Positions 9,015-18,043 of a DNA stretch of 64,000 nucleotides are shown piece after piece. The first letter of the stretch is position 1. Every line of letters begins with the position of its first letter. The position numbers were made by a program, and so were the translations under genes. The notes beneath the pieces are model-generated. The model was not told the DNA's origin and searched no databases. It saw nothing but the letters and a program-made list of their open reading frames with translations. The stretch is taken from NCBI GenBank assembly GCA_020438355.1, contig JAGQUT010000008.1, forward strand, positions 20,683-84,682. The letters run 5' to 3'. The DNA comes from Solirubrobacterales bacterium (GTDB taxonomy: Bacteria; Actinomycetota; Thermoleophilia; Solirubrobacterales; 70-9).

Positions 9015-11292
9015 CCAGGGTGCTCCCGGCCGGCTCGAGGGCCAGGTCGATCACTTCCTCGATGCTGGAGACCGGGTGGAAGGTCATCGCTTCGCGGACT
9101 TCCTCCGGCACGTCATCGAGATCGGCCTTGTTCCGGAACGGCAGCAGAACCTCGGTCAGGCCGGCCGCATGGGCCGCCAGGACCTTCTGCTTGAGACCGC
9201 CGATCGGCAGAACCCTGCCCTGAAGTGTCACCTCGCCGGTCATGCCGACAGTGTGCTTGACCGGTCGGCCGGTAAGCAGGGACACCAGCGCAGTGGTCAT
9301 CGCGGTACCGGCGCTCGGTCCGTCCTTGGGGATGGCCCCCGCAGGAACGTGGAGGTGGAACTCCCTGTCGAAGGCATCGGCGTCGATTCCGAGGGCCTCG
9401 CGGTGCGAGCGCACGTACGAAAGCGCGATCCGGGCCGACTCCTTCATCACGTCTCCGAGCTGGCCGGTCAGGACCATGCCCTTCTCGCCGTCCATGGCGG
9501 TCGCCTCGATGAAGAGGACATCGCCACCGGTGCCGGTCACGGCGAGGCCGGTCGAGACGCCCGGAATTGCGGTCCGTTCGACCGACTCCTGCCAGAACTT
9601 CTGCTTGCCGAGAGCGTCACGCAGGAACTCTTCGTCGACCTTGACCGGTACGCCGGTGTCACCGGAAGCGATCCGGGTGGCGGCGCGACGCATGAGCTTG
9701 CCGATCTCCCGCTCGAGCTGGCGAACGCCAGCCTCGCGGGTGTACTCCGCGATCAGGTCCGCCAGGACAGCGTCGTCAACTTCGACCTCGTCATCGGCGA
9801 GGCCGTTCCGCTTGACCTGTCGGGGCAGCAGGTAGTCACGGGCGATCGCCCGCTTCTCCTCGACCGTGTATCCGTCGAAGGCGATGATCTCCATGCGGTC
9901 CAGCAGCGGTGCCGGGATCGTGTCAAGCATGTTTGCCGTCGCAAGGAAGACGACCTGCGAGAGATCGACCTCGACGTCGAGGTAGTGGTCCCGGAAGCTG
10001 TGGTTCTGGGCCGGGTCGAGCACCTCGAGCAGGGCGGCCGAAGGGTCGCCGCGCCAGTCGGAGCCGACCTTGTCGACCTCGTCGAGAAGGATGACGGGGT
10101 TCATCGTCTCGGCATCGCGGAGCGCCCGGACGATCCTGCCCGGCATCGCGCCGATGTAGGTACGCCGGTGGCCGCGGATCTCGGCTTCATCATGGACTCC
10201 ACCCAGCGAGATCCGGACGAACTCCCGTCCGAGCGCCTTGGCGACCGATTCGCCGATCGAGGTCTTGCCGGTGCCAGGCGGACCGACCAGGGTCAGGATC
10301 GCGCCGTCGGCGCGGCTGTCCTCTTCGACCTCGCGCTCCTGACGCAGCTTCCGCACGGCAACGAACTCGGTGATCCGTCGCTTGACGTCATCAAGGCCGG
10401 CGTGGTCCGAGTCGAGAACCTCACGGGTGTACTCGGGATCAAGCTTCTCTTCCGAGCGCTTGTCCCATGGCACGGCGATCAGCCAGTCCAGGTAGCTGCG
10501 GATCATCGAGCTCTCGCCGGACTGTTCACCCTGGCGCTCAAGCCGCCGCAGTTCCTTCACGGCCTGCTCTTCCACCGCTTCCGGCATCCCGGCATCAGCG
10601 ATCTTCTGCTCGTACTCCTCGATCAGGCTGGCGTCATCCTCGCCGAGCTCCTTGCGGATCGACTTCATCTGCTCACGCAGGAAGTACTCGCGCTGCTGCT
10701 GCTGTGCGCCGGACTCGACGTCGTCGCGAATCTTGCTGCGGACCTGAAGTTCGGTCAGGCGTTCGCGCTGGAACTCGACCGCCTTCTCGAGGCGGGCGGT
10801 GACGTTGAGGGTGTCGAGCAGTTCGAACTTCTGGTCGAAACTGAGGTCGGGGCTGAGCCCGGAGGTGTCGGCCAGCTCGCCCGGCTCGCTCACGTTCCTC
10901 AGGAAGGCGGCGATCCGGCCGTCGGCGTTCCGCAGTTCGAGGATCTCCTCGACGATCGCCCGGTACTCGCGGACCAGTTCCTTCGTGTGCTCGTCCTCGG
11001 GGTGGCCGTCGTGAATCTCCTGGACCTCGATCCGGAGCGCGTCCGGGTCGAGTTCGTCCGGATGGGCGATGCCGGCCAGGCCGCGCCGGATGCCGACCAC
11101 GGTGGCGACGGTCTCGCCGCGGGGCGACTGACCCTGTTCGACCACGTCGGCGATCACTCCGACCCGGGCAAACTCGCCGTCGCGTCGCGGCAGCAGGAAG
11201 ACCTGCTCCTCGTCACCCACGTCGATCTGGAGAGTGGCGGTGACCGAGGGGAAAACTATTGCTTCGTCAAGGGGAACCAGCAGAAGATCCAT
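8998..11292 (-). CDS. lon: ATP-dependent Lon protease
   Basis: N-terminal LON domain, Walker A GPPGTGKTS, and proteolytic-domain motif PKDGPSAGTAM with the catalytic Ser. Confidence 0.97.
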   Translation of the reverse strand: MDLLLVPLDEAIVFPSVTATLQIDVGDEEQVFLLPRRDGEFARVGVIADVVEQGQSPRGETVATVVGIRRGLAGIAHPDELDPDALRIEVQEIHDGHPEDEHTKELVREYRAIVEEILELRNADGRIAAFLRNVSEPGELADTSGLSPDLSFDQKFELLDTLNVTARLEKAVEFQRERLTELQVRSKIRDDVESGAQQQQREYFLREQMKSIRKELGEDDASLIEEYEQKIADAGMPEAVEEQAVKELRRLERQGEQSGESSMIRSYLDWLIAVPWDKRSEEKLDPEYTREVLDSDHAGLDDVKRRITEFVAVRKLRQEREVEEDSRADGAILTLVGPPGTGKTSIGESVAKALGREFVRISLGGVHDEAEIRGHRRTYIGAMPGRIVRALRDAETMNPVILLDEVDKVGSDWRGDPSAALLEVLDPAQNHSFRDHYLDVEVDLSQVVFLATANMLDTIPAPLLDRMEIIAFDGYTVEEKRAIARDYLLPRQVKRNGLADDEVEVDDAVLADLIAEYTREAGVRQLEREIGKLMRRAATRIASGDTGVPVKVDEEFLRDALGKQKFWQESVERTAIPGVSTGLAVTGTGGDVLFIEATAMDGEKGMVLTGQLGDVMKESARIALSYVRSHREALGIDADAFDREFHLHVPAGAIPKDGPSAGTAMTTALVSLLTGRPVKHTVGMTGEVTLQGRVLPIGGLKQKVLAAHAAGLTEVLLPFRNKADLDDVPEEVREAMTFHPVSSIEEVIDLALEPAGSTLDVAPM

Positions 11293-11327
11293 TAGTAAGT
11301 CCAGTTTCTGTAGTTAGTCCTCCGCAC

Positions 11328-11361
11328 AGTGTAGCGAAGTTGGTTGCGCTGTCAACCAACT
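11328..11361 (-). promoter_or_regulatory. candidate lon promoter overlapped by a 9-bp inverted repeat
   Basis: Read on the minus strand: AGTTGGTTGACAGCGCAACCAACTTCGCTACACT. This contains TTGACA, a 16-nt spacer and TACACT. The inverted repeat AGTTGGTTG-N6-CAACCAACT covers the -35 element. Confidence 0.4.
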
Positions 11362-11388
11362 GCGCCGGATTGGCTTGCCACTGCTGAT

Positions 11389-12822
11389 TCAGGCCGGGTC
11401 TGCCGGAGCTTCGCCTGAATCCGGAGGATTCGAATCGGGTGGGTCGATCGCCTCGCGTGAGGTCTTCGCCCAGGACTCCCGGCTGGTTATCTGCCGGAAG
11501 CCCGAGCGGATCAGCACCGGCCAGAGCAGCCAGGTGTAAAAGGCGTAGACCTGCCCGGTAAGGATCCCCTTGATGACCCCGAGGATGGTGGTGCGATCCC
11601 CGATCTTGGCGGCAATGGACCCCATCACGGTTCCGCCGAAGCCGAGCAGATAGAGGAAGTAGAGCCACCACCAGTACTGGACGTCGATGAAGAAGGGGAT
11701 GTTCTCGAAGATCCAGAGATAAAGGGAGGCCACGAGCGAAGCCCCGACTATCAACTGGAAAAAGGGCATCAGGAGGAAGATGACCTGCTCGCCCCTCGCC
11801 GGCAGATAGATCTTCGAGGAGCCGACCTCGCCGATCAGACCCATCGCCTGGAGATTCCCCTGTGACCACCTGGTTCGCTGACGGAAGAGACGACGCAGGT
11901 CTGACACACCCTGCTGGGAAACGGTTGCCCGATTGTCATGGCGGCACTTCCACCCGGCCACCAGCAGACGGAGGCCCAGATCCTGGTCCTCGGTCAGGCG
12001 GTCCCGCCACGGCCCCCGGCTGGCCGGCTCGGGAGCGATGACGGGTTCCTCCGGGTCGTTCTCGGGGTAAGCCGGTTCCGAATGACCCGGGTCCCGGTCG
12101 TCGACTGCCTGAAGGGCGGCCATGCGGTTGTACTGTCCGTTGCCGCCCATTCCAGAGGTACCCCATTTGTTGCGTCCGGCCTGAAAAAGGCGCCCGTAGA
12201 TAGAGAACTCGATGTCCTGGAACCAGGTCAGCAGCCGGTGGCGGTTGTAGATCCGGACCAGGGTCTGGACACCCCCCACCTCGGGATCCACGAAGTGCTG
12301 CGCGACGAATTTCGGGCTGTCGGCCGCGATCCGGCCGTCGGCGTCAACGATGCAGAAGATCGTGTGCTGGGGATCCAGCTTGAAGCGCGAAGTGATCTCC
12401 TGAAAGGCGTAGTTGAGCGCAGCCGCCTTGCCCTGACGGGCCTGGGGAGGCTTCCTCTCGATCACTGTGAGCTGTGGATTCGACATTCCGGCAAGGATCT
12501 CCGAGGTGCCGTCGTCGGATCCGTCGTTGATTACAACTATCCGCTTTCGTTTCACCTCGATCGCCTCCAGCCGGCTGACGCTGTCGGCGATCGTGACTTC
12601 CTCGTTCAGCGCCGGAACGAAGAAGATCCACTCGTAAAGCTCGGGGTTCACCTCCTCCTTTCGGGCCATCTCGCGGTCCGATCTGAGCCCCCTGATGAAG
12701 AGAACCAGCGTCCAGATGAACATCTGGATCACGATCAGGAAAGTGACCGCAAACAGGACCTGGAAGAACGGGTCCAGCCCCGTGAAGGGCAGTACTTCGA
12801 ATGCGATCAGTGGCGAAGCCAT
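11389..12822 (-). CDS. membrane-embedded processive family-2 glycosyltransferase (PgaC/BcsA/NodC-like synthase)
   Basis: Motifs NDGSDDGT, VDADG, TEDQDLG and QRTRWSQG (QxxRW), with N- and C-terminal TM segments. Confidence 0.85.
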   Translation of the reverse strand: MASPLIAFEVLPFTGLDPFFQVLFAVTFLIVIQMFIWTLVLFIRGLRSDREMARKEEVNPELYEWIFFVPALNEEVTIADSVSRLEAIEVKRKRIVVINDGSDDGTSEILAGMSNPQLTVIERKPPQARQGKAAALNYAFQEITSRFKLDPQHTIFCIVDADGRIAADSPKFVAQHFVDPEVGGVQTLVRIYNRHRLLTWFQDIEFSIYGRLFQAGRNKWGTSGMGGNGQYNRMAALQAVDDRDPGHSEPAYPENDPEEPVIAPEPASRGPWRDRLTEDQDLGLRLLVAGWKCRHDNRATVSQQGVSDLRRLFRQRTRWSQGNLQAMGLIGEVGSSKIYLPARGEQVIFLLMPFFQLIVGASLVASLYLWIFENIPFFIDVQYWWWLYFLYLLGFGGTVMGSIAAKIGDRTTILGVIKGILTGQVYAFYTWLLWPVLIRSGFRQITSRESWAKTSREAIDPPDSNPPDSGEAPADPA

Positions 12823-14207
12823 CGATCTGTGATGGCCCCGAACTCCATCCAGACCTGCTCGATCGGATCGACGACCGCTTCCTCCTTGTGCCGTTCGGAC
12901 TCCGGAACCAGGGCCGGGTCAAGTCGTTCGGCCGAGGTCGCGGGGACCTGGTAGCCCGAAGCCTCGATCACCGCGACCCGCGAGAAGCTGGAATGGAACG
13001 GATCCGGCATCGGGCCGCCCTTGTAGAGGTTGGTCAGGGCGGCGACGATCCTTTCGGAAGCTCTTCCGTCTCCGTACGGGTTGTCGGCCTCGGCCATCTC
13101 CTGATAGGCGCGCTCGTCATCGAGCAGGCGTGCGGCTTCCGCGTGGATTCGCGAAGGATCGGTACCGACCAGCCTCAAGGTGCCGGCGTCTACCCCTTCC
13201 AGTCGCTCGGTCGAGTCGCGACAGACCAGAACCGGTTTATTCAGCGAAGGTGCCTCTTCCTGAATACCCCCGGAATCGGTAATCACCATGTAGGAGCGGG
13301 CCATCAGGCGGGCGAACTCGGGGTAGGAATGAGCATCGGTCAGGCATACGTTGGGCAGGTCATTCAGCTTCTCCCAGGCCCTCCGGACATCCGGGTTCGG
13401 ATGCTGGGGAATGACGAAACGGTCTTCCGGATGATCGACGGCCAGCATTCGTATACCACCCGCAATCCCCTGAAGACCGGCACCCCAGTTCTCGCGACGA
13501 TGGGCGGTGATCGTGACCACTCTTCGGTCCGAGGCCGCTATCTCGGCCACGGCGGGGTCCGAGAACTCCACGTTCAGGCCGGCCGCCCATTCGAGTGCGT
13601 CGATGCCGGTGTTGCCTGTGATGAAGATCTGCTCGACCGGGACGTTTTCCTTGATCAGGTTCTGGAGGTTGTGAGAGGTCGGGGCCAGGTGGAAGGCCGC
13701 GATGCAGGTGATCAGCTCGCGGTTCAGCTCCTCCGGGAAAGGGGTGAGGTTGGAGCCCGTCCTGAGTCCGGCCTCGACATGGACCACCGGGATGCGCAGG
13801 TGGAACGCGGTCAGGGCCGCTGCAAAGGCGGAAGTAGTGTCGCCATGGACAAGGATCGCGATCGGGTAATTGCCGGCCACGACCTCTTCCTGCTTGACGG
13901 TTCCGTCAGCCCCGTATTCGACCCGGATGAAGTCGTCGAGCCTGGCCATGACCTCGCGGACCCGGTCGTTCAGTTCGTTCCTGGCACCACCGACCCAGAG
14001 GTTGAAGTCGATCTCGATCCCGGCCAGACCGAAGACCTCTTCGACCATCTCGTGGTGCTGCCCGGTTGAAACGACCTGCGGGTCGAAGATCTCACTCGCC
14101 TTGAGGGCAAGGATCATCGGGACCAGCTTGATCGCTTCCGGTCGGGTTCCCGCGACTACGAGGATCTTTACCGGGCGATGCTCCCCGGCTTGCTGGTCTC
14201 CAATCAT
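12807..14207 (-). CDS. wecB: UDP-N-acetylglucosamine 2-epimerase (non-hydrolysing) with a C-terminal extension of about 70 aa
   Basis: KILVVAGTRPEAIKL, HGDTTS, HVEAGLRT, DSGGIQEEAP and NPYGDGRASERI. The 3' end overlaps the GT2 start by 16 nt. Confidence 0.9.
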   Translation of the reverse strand: MIGDQQAGEHRPVKILVVAGTRPEAIKLVPMILALKASEIFDPQVVSTGQHHEMVEEVFGLAGIEIDFNLWVGGARNELNDRVREVMARLDDFIRVEYGADGTVKQEEVVAGNYPIAILVHGDTTSAFAAALTAFHLRIPVVHVEAGLRTGSNLTPFPEELNRELITCIAAFHLAPTSHNLQNLIKENVPVEQIFITGNTGIDALEWAAGLNVEFSDPAVAEIAASDRRVVTITAHRRENWGAGLQGIAGGIRMLAVDHPEDRFVIPQHPNPDVRRAWEKLNDLPNVCLTDAHSYPEFARLMARSYMVITDSGGIQEEAPSLNKPVLVCRDSTERLEGVDAGTLRLVGTDPSRIHAEAARLLDDERAYQEMAEADNPYGDGRASERIVAALTNLYKGGPMPDPFHSSFSRVAVIEASGYQVPATSAERLDPALVPESERHKEEAVVDPIEQVWMEFGAITDRWLRH

Positions 14208-14217
14208 GGGCGGAAGC

Positions 14218-15453
14218 CTACCCGGCTGCAGGCGTGATCCCTACATCCATGCGGTCGATGCCATAAATCCCGCTGACCGGCTGCAGCTCCGTCAGTCCGT
14301 TCAGCTTGAAAGTCTCGACCTTGGCCGCGAGGAAACGAAGCGCCTCCTCAAGTTCGGCCCGGGCCAGATTGGAGCCGACGCAATAGTGAATTCCGGCGCC
14401 GAAGGTGAGTGGCCGGGTTCGGTCGCGCTCGATGAGGATGTTGAAATCACGCGGGTCCTCGAAGGCCTCAGAATCACGATTCGCGGTGAATGAGCAGACC
14501 ACCAGGAGGGTGCCGGCCGGGAAAAGCACATCCCTGTACTCGACCTCCTCGGTCAACTGACGGGCGGTGAAGGCGGTGATCGGCTCGAACCGGAGCACCT
14601 CGCTCACCGCTCGCGGGACGAGCTCGTCAGGGTTTTCTCGCAGAGCGTCCCACTGTTCCGGGTTGTTGGCGAGCAGGCGAATCGCGTGGGAAAGCTGGCT
14701 CTGAGTGGTGTCGACTCCGCCGACCAGGATGTTGAGCACGAGGTTCCGGAGTTCGCCGTCAGAGAGTTTCTCACCTTCTTCCTCGGTGCGGATGAGGGTC
14801 GTGATCAGATCGTCGCCGGGGGTTGTCCGGCGGTGCTCGATCATCGGGTCGACCCAGGCATAGAACTCGCCGACCTTCTGCTGGATCGTCTCGACGGTTT
14901 CAGGATCAGACAGGGCGATCGGATCGAACTGCTTCTGGATCCACTCCGACCAGTCGTGAAGCCGCTGCGCGTCGACGGCCGGAGCCCCCATGACCCTGGC
15001 GATGGTCTGCGAGGGGTACGGCCTGGAGAACCGGGAGACGAAGTCGATTTCGTAGGTCTCCAGTTCCTCCCAGAGACTCTCGAGTATCTCTCTCATGGCT
15101 GGCCGCCACGCTTCGGCGGCCCTCGGGGTCAGGGCCGGGTTGACGAGGCTCCGCAGGCGCCGGTGATCCTCCCCGCTCTGGTTGATGATGTTGGCGACGA
15201 TCTGCTCGTGGAGCGGCCCGTCGGTGATCCCGAACAGCTCACCGATCAGCTTGCCGGGGAACTCGGCCACGCGGGAGCGGAGAAAGAACTCCCCCGCCTC
15301 GCGGTCGATGACGATCAGCGAAAGCGGCCCCTGGGCCAGCCAGTTGCCGGTATCGATGAGCGCGTTTGCTTCGACATGCCACTTCCAGCCGGACAGGGAT
15401 GGATCGGCCGGGTCGAGAGCCGGCAGGTCCAGGTCGGTGACCGGTGTCGGCAT
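14218..15453 (-). CDS. cytochrome P450
   Basis: Heme-binding loop FGAGIHYCVGSNLA, I-helix VGGVDTT and ExxR motif EVLR. Confidence 0.9.
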   Translation of the reverse strand: MPTPVTDLDLPALDPADPSLSGWKWHVEANALIDTGNWLAQGPLSLIVIDREAGEFFLRSRVAEFPGKLIGELFGITDGPLHEQIVANIINQSGEDHRRLRSLVNPALTPRAAEAWRPAMREILESLWEELETYEIDFVSRFSRPYPSQTIARVMGAPAVDAQRLHDWSEWIQKQFDPIALSDPETVETIQQKVGEFYAWVDPMIEHRRTTPGDDLITTLIRTEEEGEKLSDGELRNLVLNILVGGVDTTQSQLSHAIRLLANNPEQWDALRENPDELVPRAVSEVLRFEPITAFTARQLTEEVEYRDVLFPAGTLLVVCSFTANRDSEAFEDPRDFNILIERDRTRPLTFGAGIHYCVGSNLARAELEEALRFLAAKVETFKLNGLTELQPVSGIYGIDRMDVGITPAAG

Positions 15454-15457
15454 CCGC

Positions 15458-16180
15458 TCAGCTATCGGCGAACTTGTAGCCGATGCCGCGGACCGTCAGC
15501 ACCAGCTCCGGTCGCTGCGGATCTGTTTCCACCTTCTGGCGGAGGTTTGAAATGTGGACGTCGCAGGCGCGCTCGTCCCCATCGAACTCTGTTTGCCACA
15601 GCTCTTCCATGATCTGTGAACGACGGAACACCTCGCCGGGTCGGGCGGCGAGCAGGCGGAGCAACTGGAATTCGGAGCGGGTGAGGCTGACCGTCTTGCC
15701 CCGGACGGTCACCACATGTCGGGCAAGGTCGATAGTGACCGGACCGGAAACGATCCTGGTCTGTTCCGGCACGGGGGCCCGATCGAGCTCACGGCGGCGA
15801 AGCTGGGCGCGGACCCGGCCGAGCAGTTCCCGGACCGAGAAAGGCTTGGTCACGTAGTCATCGGCGCCTACTTCGAGGCCGACTACCTTGTCCACTTCCG
15901 CGTCTTTGGCGGTCAGCATGATGATCGGAACAGAAGATCGGGACCGGACTTCACGGCAGATGTCGAGGCCGGATTTGCCGGGCATCATGATGTCGAGGAT
16001 CAGCAGGTCGTAGTCGAAGTCGCCGGAAAGACGCTCTTCGGCGTCGGTGCCGTCTTCAGCCCCGGTCACCTCGAAACCCTCCTGGGCGAGTGCGTAGCCG
16101 ACCGAATCGCGAACCGAGGGTTCGTCGTCGGCAATCAGGATGCGCACGGGGGCGCCGTTCATTGAGGGTGAGTTGTTCAT
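15458..16180 (-). CDS. OmpR-family response regulator
   Basis: Receiver domain (ILIADDEP...DLLILDIMMPG...LTAK) followed by a winged-helix domain (LTRSEFQLLRLL...RGIGY). ATG 16180 overlaps the kinase stop codon (ATGA). Confidence 0.9.
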   Translation of the reverse strand: MNNSPSMNGAPVRILIADDEPSVRDSVGYALAQEGFEVTGAEDGTDAEERLSGDFDYDLLILDIMMPGKSGLDICREVRSRSSVPIIMLTAKDAEVDKVVGLEVGADDYVTKPFSVRELLGRVRAQLRRRELDRAPVPEQTRIVSGPVTIDLARHVVTVRGKTVSLTRSEFQLLRLLAARPGEVFRRSQIMEELWQTEFDGDERACDVHISNLRQKVETDPQRPELVLTVRGIGYKFADS

Positions 16181-17934
16181 GCGATGGGTGTTTCCGACTG
16201 GTCTATCAAAGGCAGCCGCACCCAAAAGGTACTGCCCTCGCCCTCAACCGAATGGGCTCCCATCTCTCCCCCCATCACATCGGCCATCCTGCGGGCGATC
16301 GCGAGGCCCAATCCGAAGCCCTCCTGACGGCGTGTTTCGGAGCGCCTGTAGAAGCGTTCGAAGACCCTTTCGATCTCTGCCTGGGGGATGCCGGTGCCGG
16401 TGTCGATCACTTCCAGGAGCATCTCCGAGTCACCGATCCGGCGCCCGCGGATCGTCACCGAACCGGGTGCAGGCGTGTTCTTGCATGCGTTGGTGACCAG
16501 GCCGATCAGCACCTGCCTGAGCAGGGTCGGGTCGCCCTTGGCGGCGAGATCCGGCTCGACGTCACTCCTGAGTTCGAGCCCCACGGGGACCTCGACAGCC
16601 GCCTCGACATCCTTGACGGCTGCGGTGACGTCAACGACTTCGACCTCGCCGGTCCCCAGTGCTTCGACCCGGGCGAGGGTGAGCAGCGACTGGGTGAGGC
16701 GGGACATCCTTTCGGCGTCGGCGGAGAGCCGGTTGAGGAAGTGATCCCTGGCCGGAGGGTCATCCTTGGCACCTGACTGGAGTACCTCGATCGCTCCGGA
16801 AATGCCGGCCAGGGGGTTCCGGAGTTCGTGGGCGGCGTTGCTGACGAAGTCCCTTTCGGCGAACTCCTTTCGCATCTCGTCGGTCCGGTCGCGGACCACG
16901 ACCAGCACGGCCCCCTCATCCGGGAGGGCCCGGGCCTGAAGCGCGTAGGCCCGGTCCCCCATCCGGAGCGCCGGGTGGGCCGCGAACCCTTCGGCTTCGG
17001 CCCGCTTGACCGATGACATCATCGGGGCCGGCGCCATCCCGCCCTGTTCCAGCAGCGCGTTGGCAGCGGAGTTGTGGAAGCGGACGTCGCCGTCGTGGTC
17101 GATCACCATCACGGCGTCACCGAGCCCGTCGAAGATCGCGGCAAGCTTGTCGCGGTCGGCGGTGAGAACTCCGAAGCTCTCTTTCAGAGAGGCCCGCATC
17201 GAGTCGAGCGAGCGAGCCAGGTCACCGATCTCGTCTCGACCCCGCACGGGCAGGCGGACGTCGAAGTTGCCCGAGGCGAGGTCGTCTGCCTTGGCGGCTA
17301 TCCGCTTCAGGCGGCCGGTGATCACCGAGGCGATGCCGACGCCGACCAGGGTGCCGATCAGGATCGCAATCAGTGCCGCCCTCAGGCTTTCGGACCTGAG
17401 TTTGTCGATCGCGGACTGGATCACGATCGGCCGGGAGTAGCGCCCGATCACTGCTCCCTCGCTGTTGCCGAGGGTGTCGATCGGGATCCCGACGATCGCG
17501 ATCTCTCCACCCTTCAGGTCCCTGGAAGAGCGGAACCCGTCGAGGGCAGAGTCAAGTACCTCCTGGTAGGCCACACCATCGGAGTAGATGGCCCGGGGGT
17601 TCTCGGGTGCGATCAGGTCACCATCCGGGTCGAAGTACCAGGCTGTGTACCCCTCCCCGTTCGCCGCTTCCAGTTCGGCCTTCGGGTCCACATCGGGCTC
17701 GGAGAGCCGGTCCGCGAGGCGCACCGTCCGGCCGACCGCGAGTTCGGTCGACCGCTCGTTGAGCACGTCCTGACTCTTGTCGGTGATGAACGAGTAGAGG
17801 ATGCCGGCGGTCAGGAAGCAGACCAGGGTGAACCCGGCTGCAAGCCAGACCCGCATGCCGATGTGGCGACGACGGGGCCTCCGGCTCTTTCGCCTCCGCT
17901 CCCGGCCGGGAGTCCTCGTTGGGGTGCCGCTCAT
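16177..17934 (-). CDS. sensor histidine kinase (TM, HAMP, PAS-like, HisKA, HATPase)
   Basis: H-box SNAAHELRNPL, N-box NACKNT, G-boxes DTGTGI and GFGLGLAI. The start is uncertain; an alternative is MRVWLAAG. Confidence 0.9.
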   Translation of the reverse strand: MSGTPTRTPGRERRRKSRRPRRRHIGMRVWLAAGFTLVCFLTAGILYSFITDKSQDVLNERSTELAVGRTVRLADRLSEPDVDPKAELEAANGEGYTAWYFDPDGDLIAPENPRAIYSDGVAYQEVLDSALDGFRSSRDLKGGEIAIVGIPIDTLGNSEGAVIGRYSRPIVIQSAIDKLRSESLRAALIAILIGTLVGVGIASVITGRLKRIAAKADDLASGNFDVRLPVRGRDEIGDLARSLDSMRASLKESFGVLTADRDKLAAIFDGLGDAVMVIDHDGDVRFHNSAANALLEQGGMAPAPMMSSVKRAEAEGFAAHPALRMGDRAYALQARALPDEGAVLVVVRDRTDEMRKEFAERDFVSNAAHELRNPLAGISGAIEVLQSGAKDDPPARDHFLNRLSADAERMSRLTQSLLTLARVEALGTGEVEVVDVTAAVKDVEAAVEVPVGLELRSDVEPDLAAKGDPTLLRQVLIGLVTNACKNTPAPGSVTIRGRRIGDSEMLLEVIDTGTGIPQAEIERVFERFYRRSETRRQEGFGLGLAIARRMADVMGGEMGAHSVEGEGSTFWVRLPLIDQSETPIA

Positions 17935-18043
17935 GGAGCGGACCCTATTTCATGGCTCCGTGGCTGAAAAGCGCGCCGCGAGATTAGCCCACCGTCACGT
18001 TGAATCCCCCGCCTCGCCGGGCCCGGCATGCCAGAATCGCAGC

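Noticed and set aside
8926-11295. Very long antisense ORFs opposite real genes: 8926..11295 opposite lon, 21253..23328 opposite topA, 44690..46408 opposite the ThyX-like gene, 12801..14069 opposite wecB, 29455..31122 opposite nrdJ, 53693..55003 opposite nuoL, and 58806..59975 opposite nuoG.
   Set aside because: These are typical shadow ORFs of GC-rich DNA. Their translations are Arg/Gly/Asp/His-rich low-complexity strings with no motifs, whereas the opposite strand encodes unmistakable conserved proteins.
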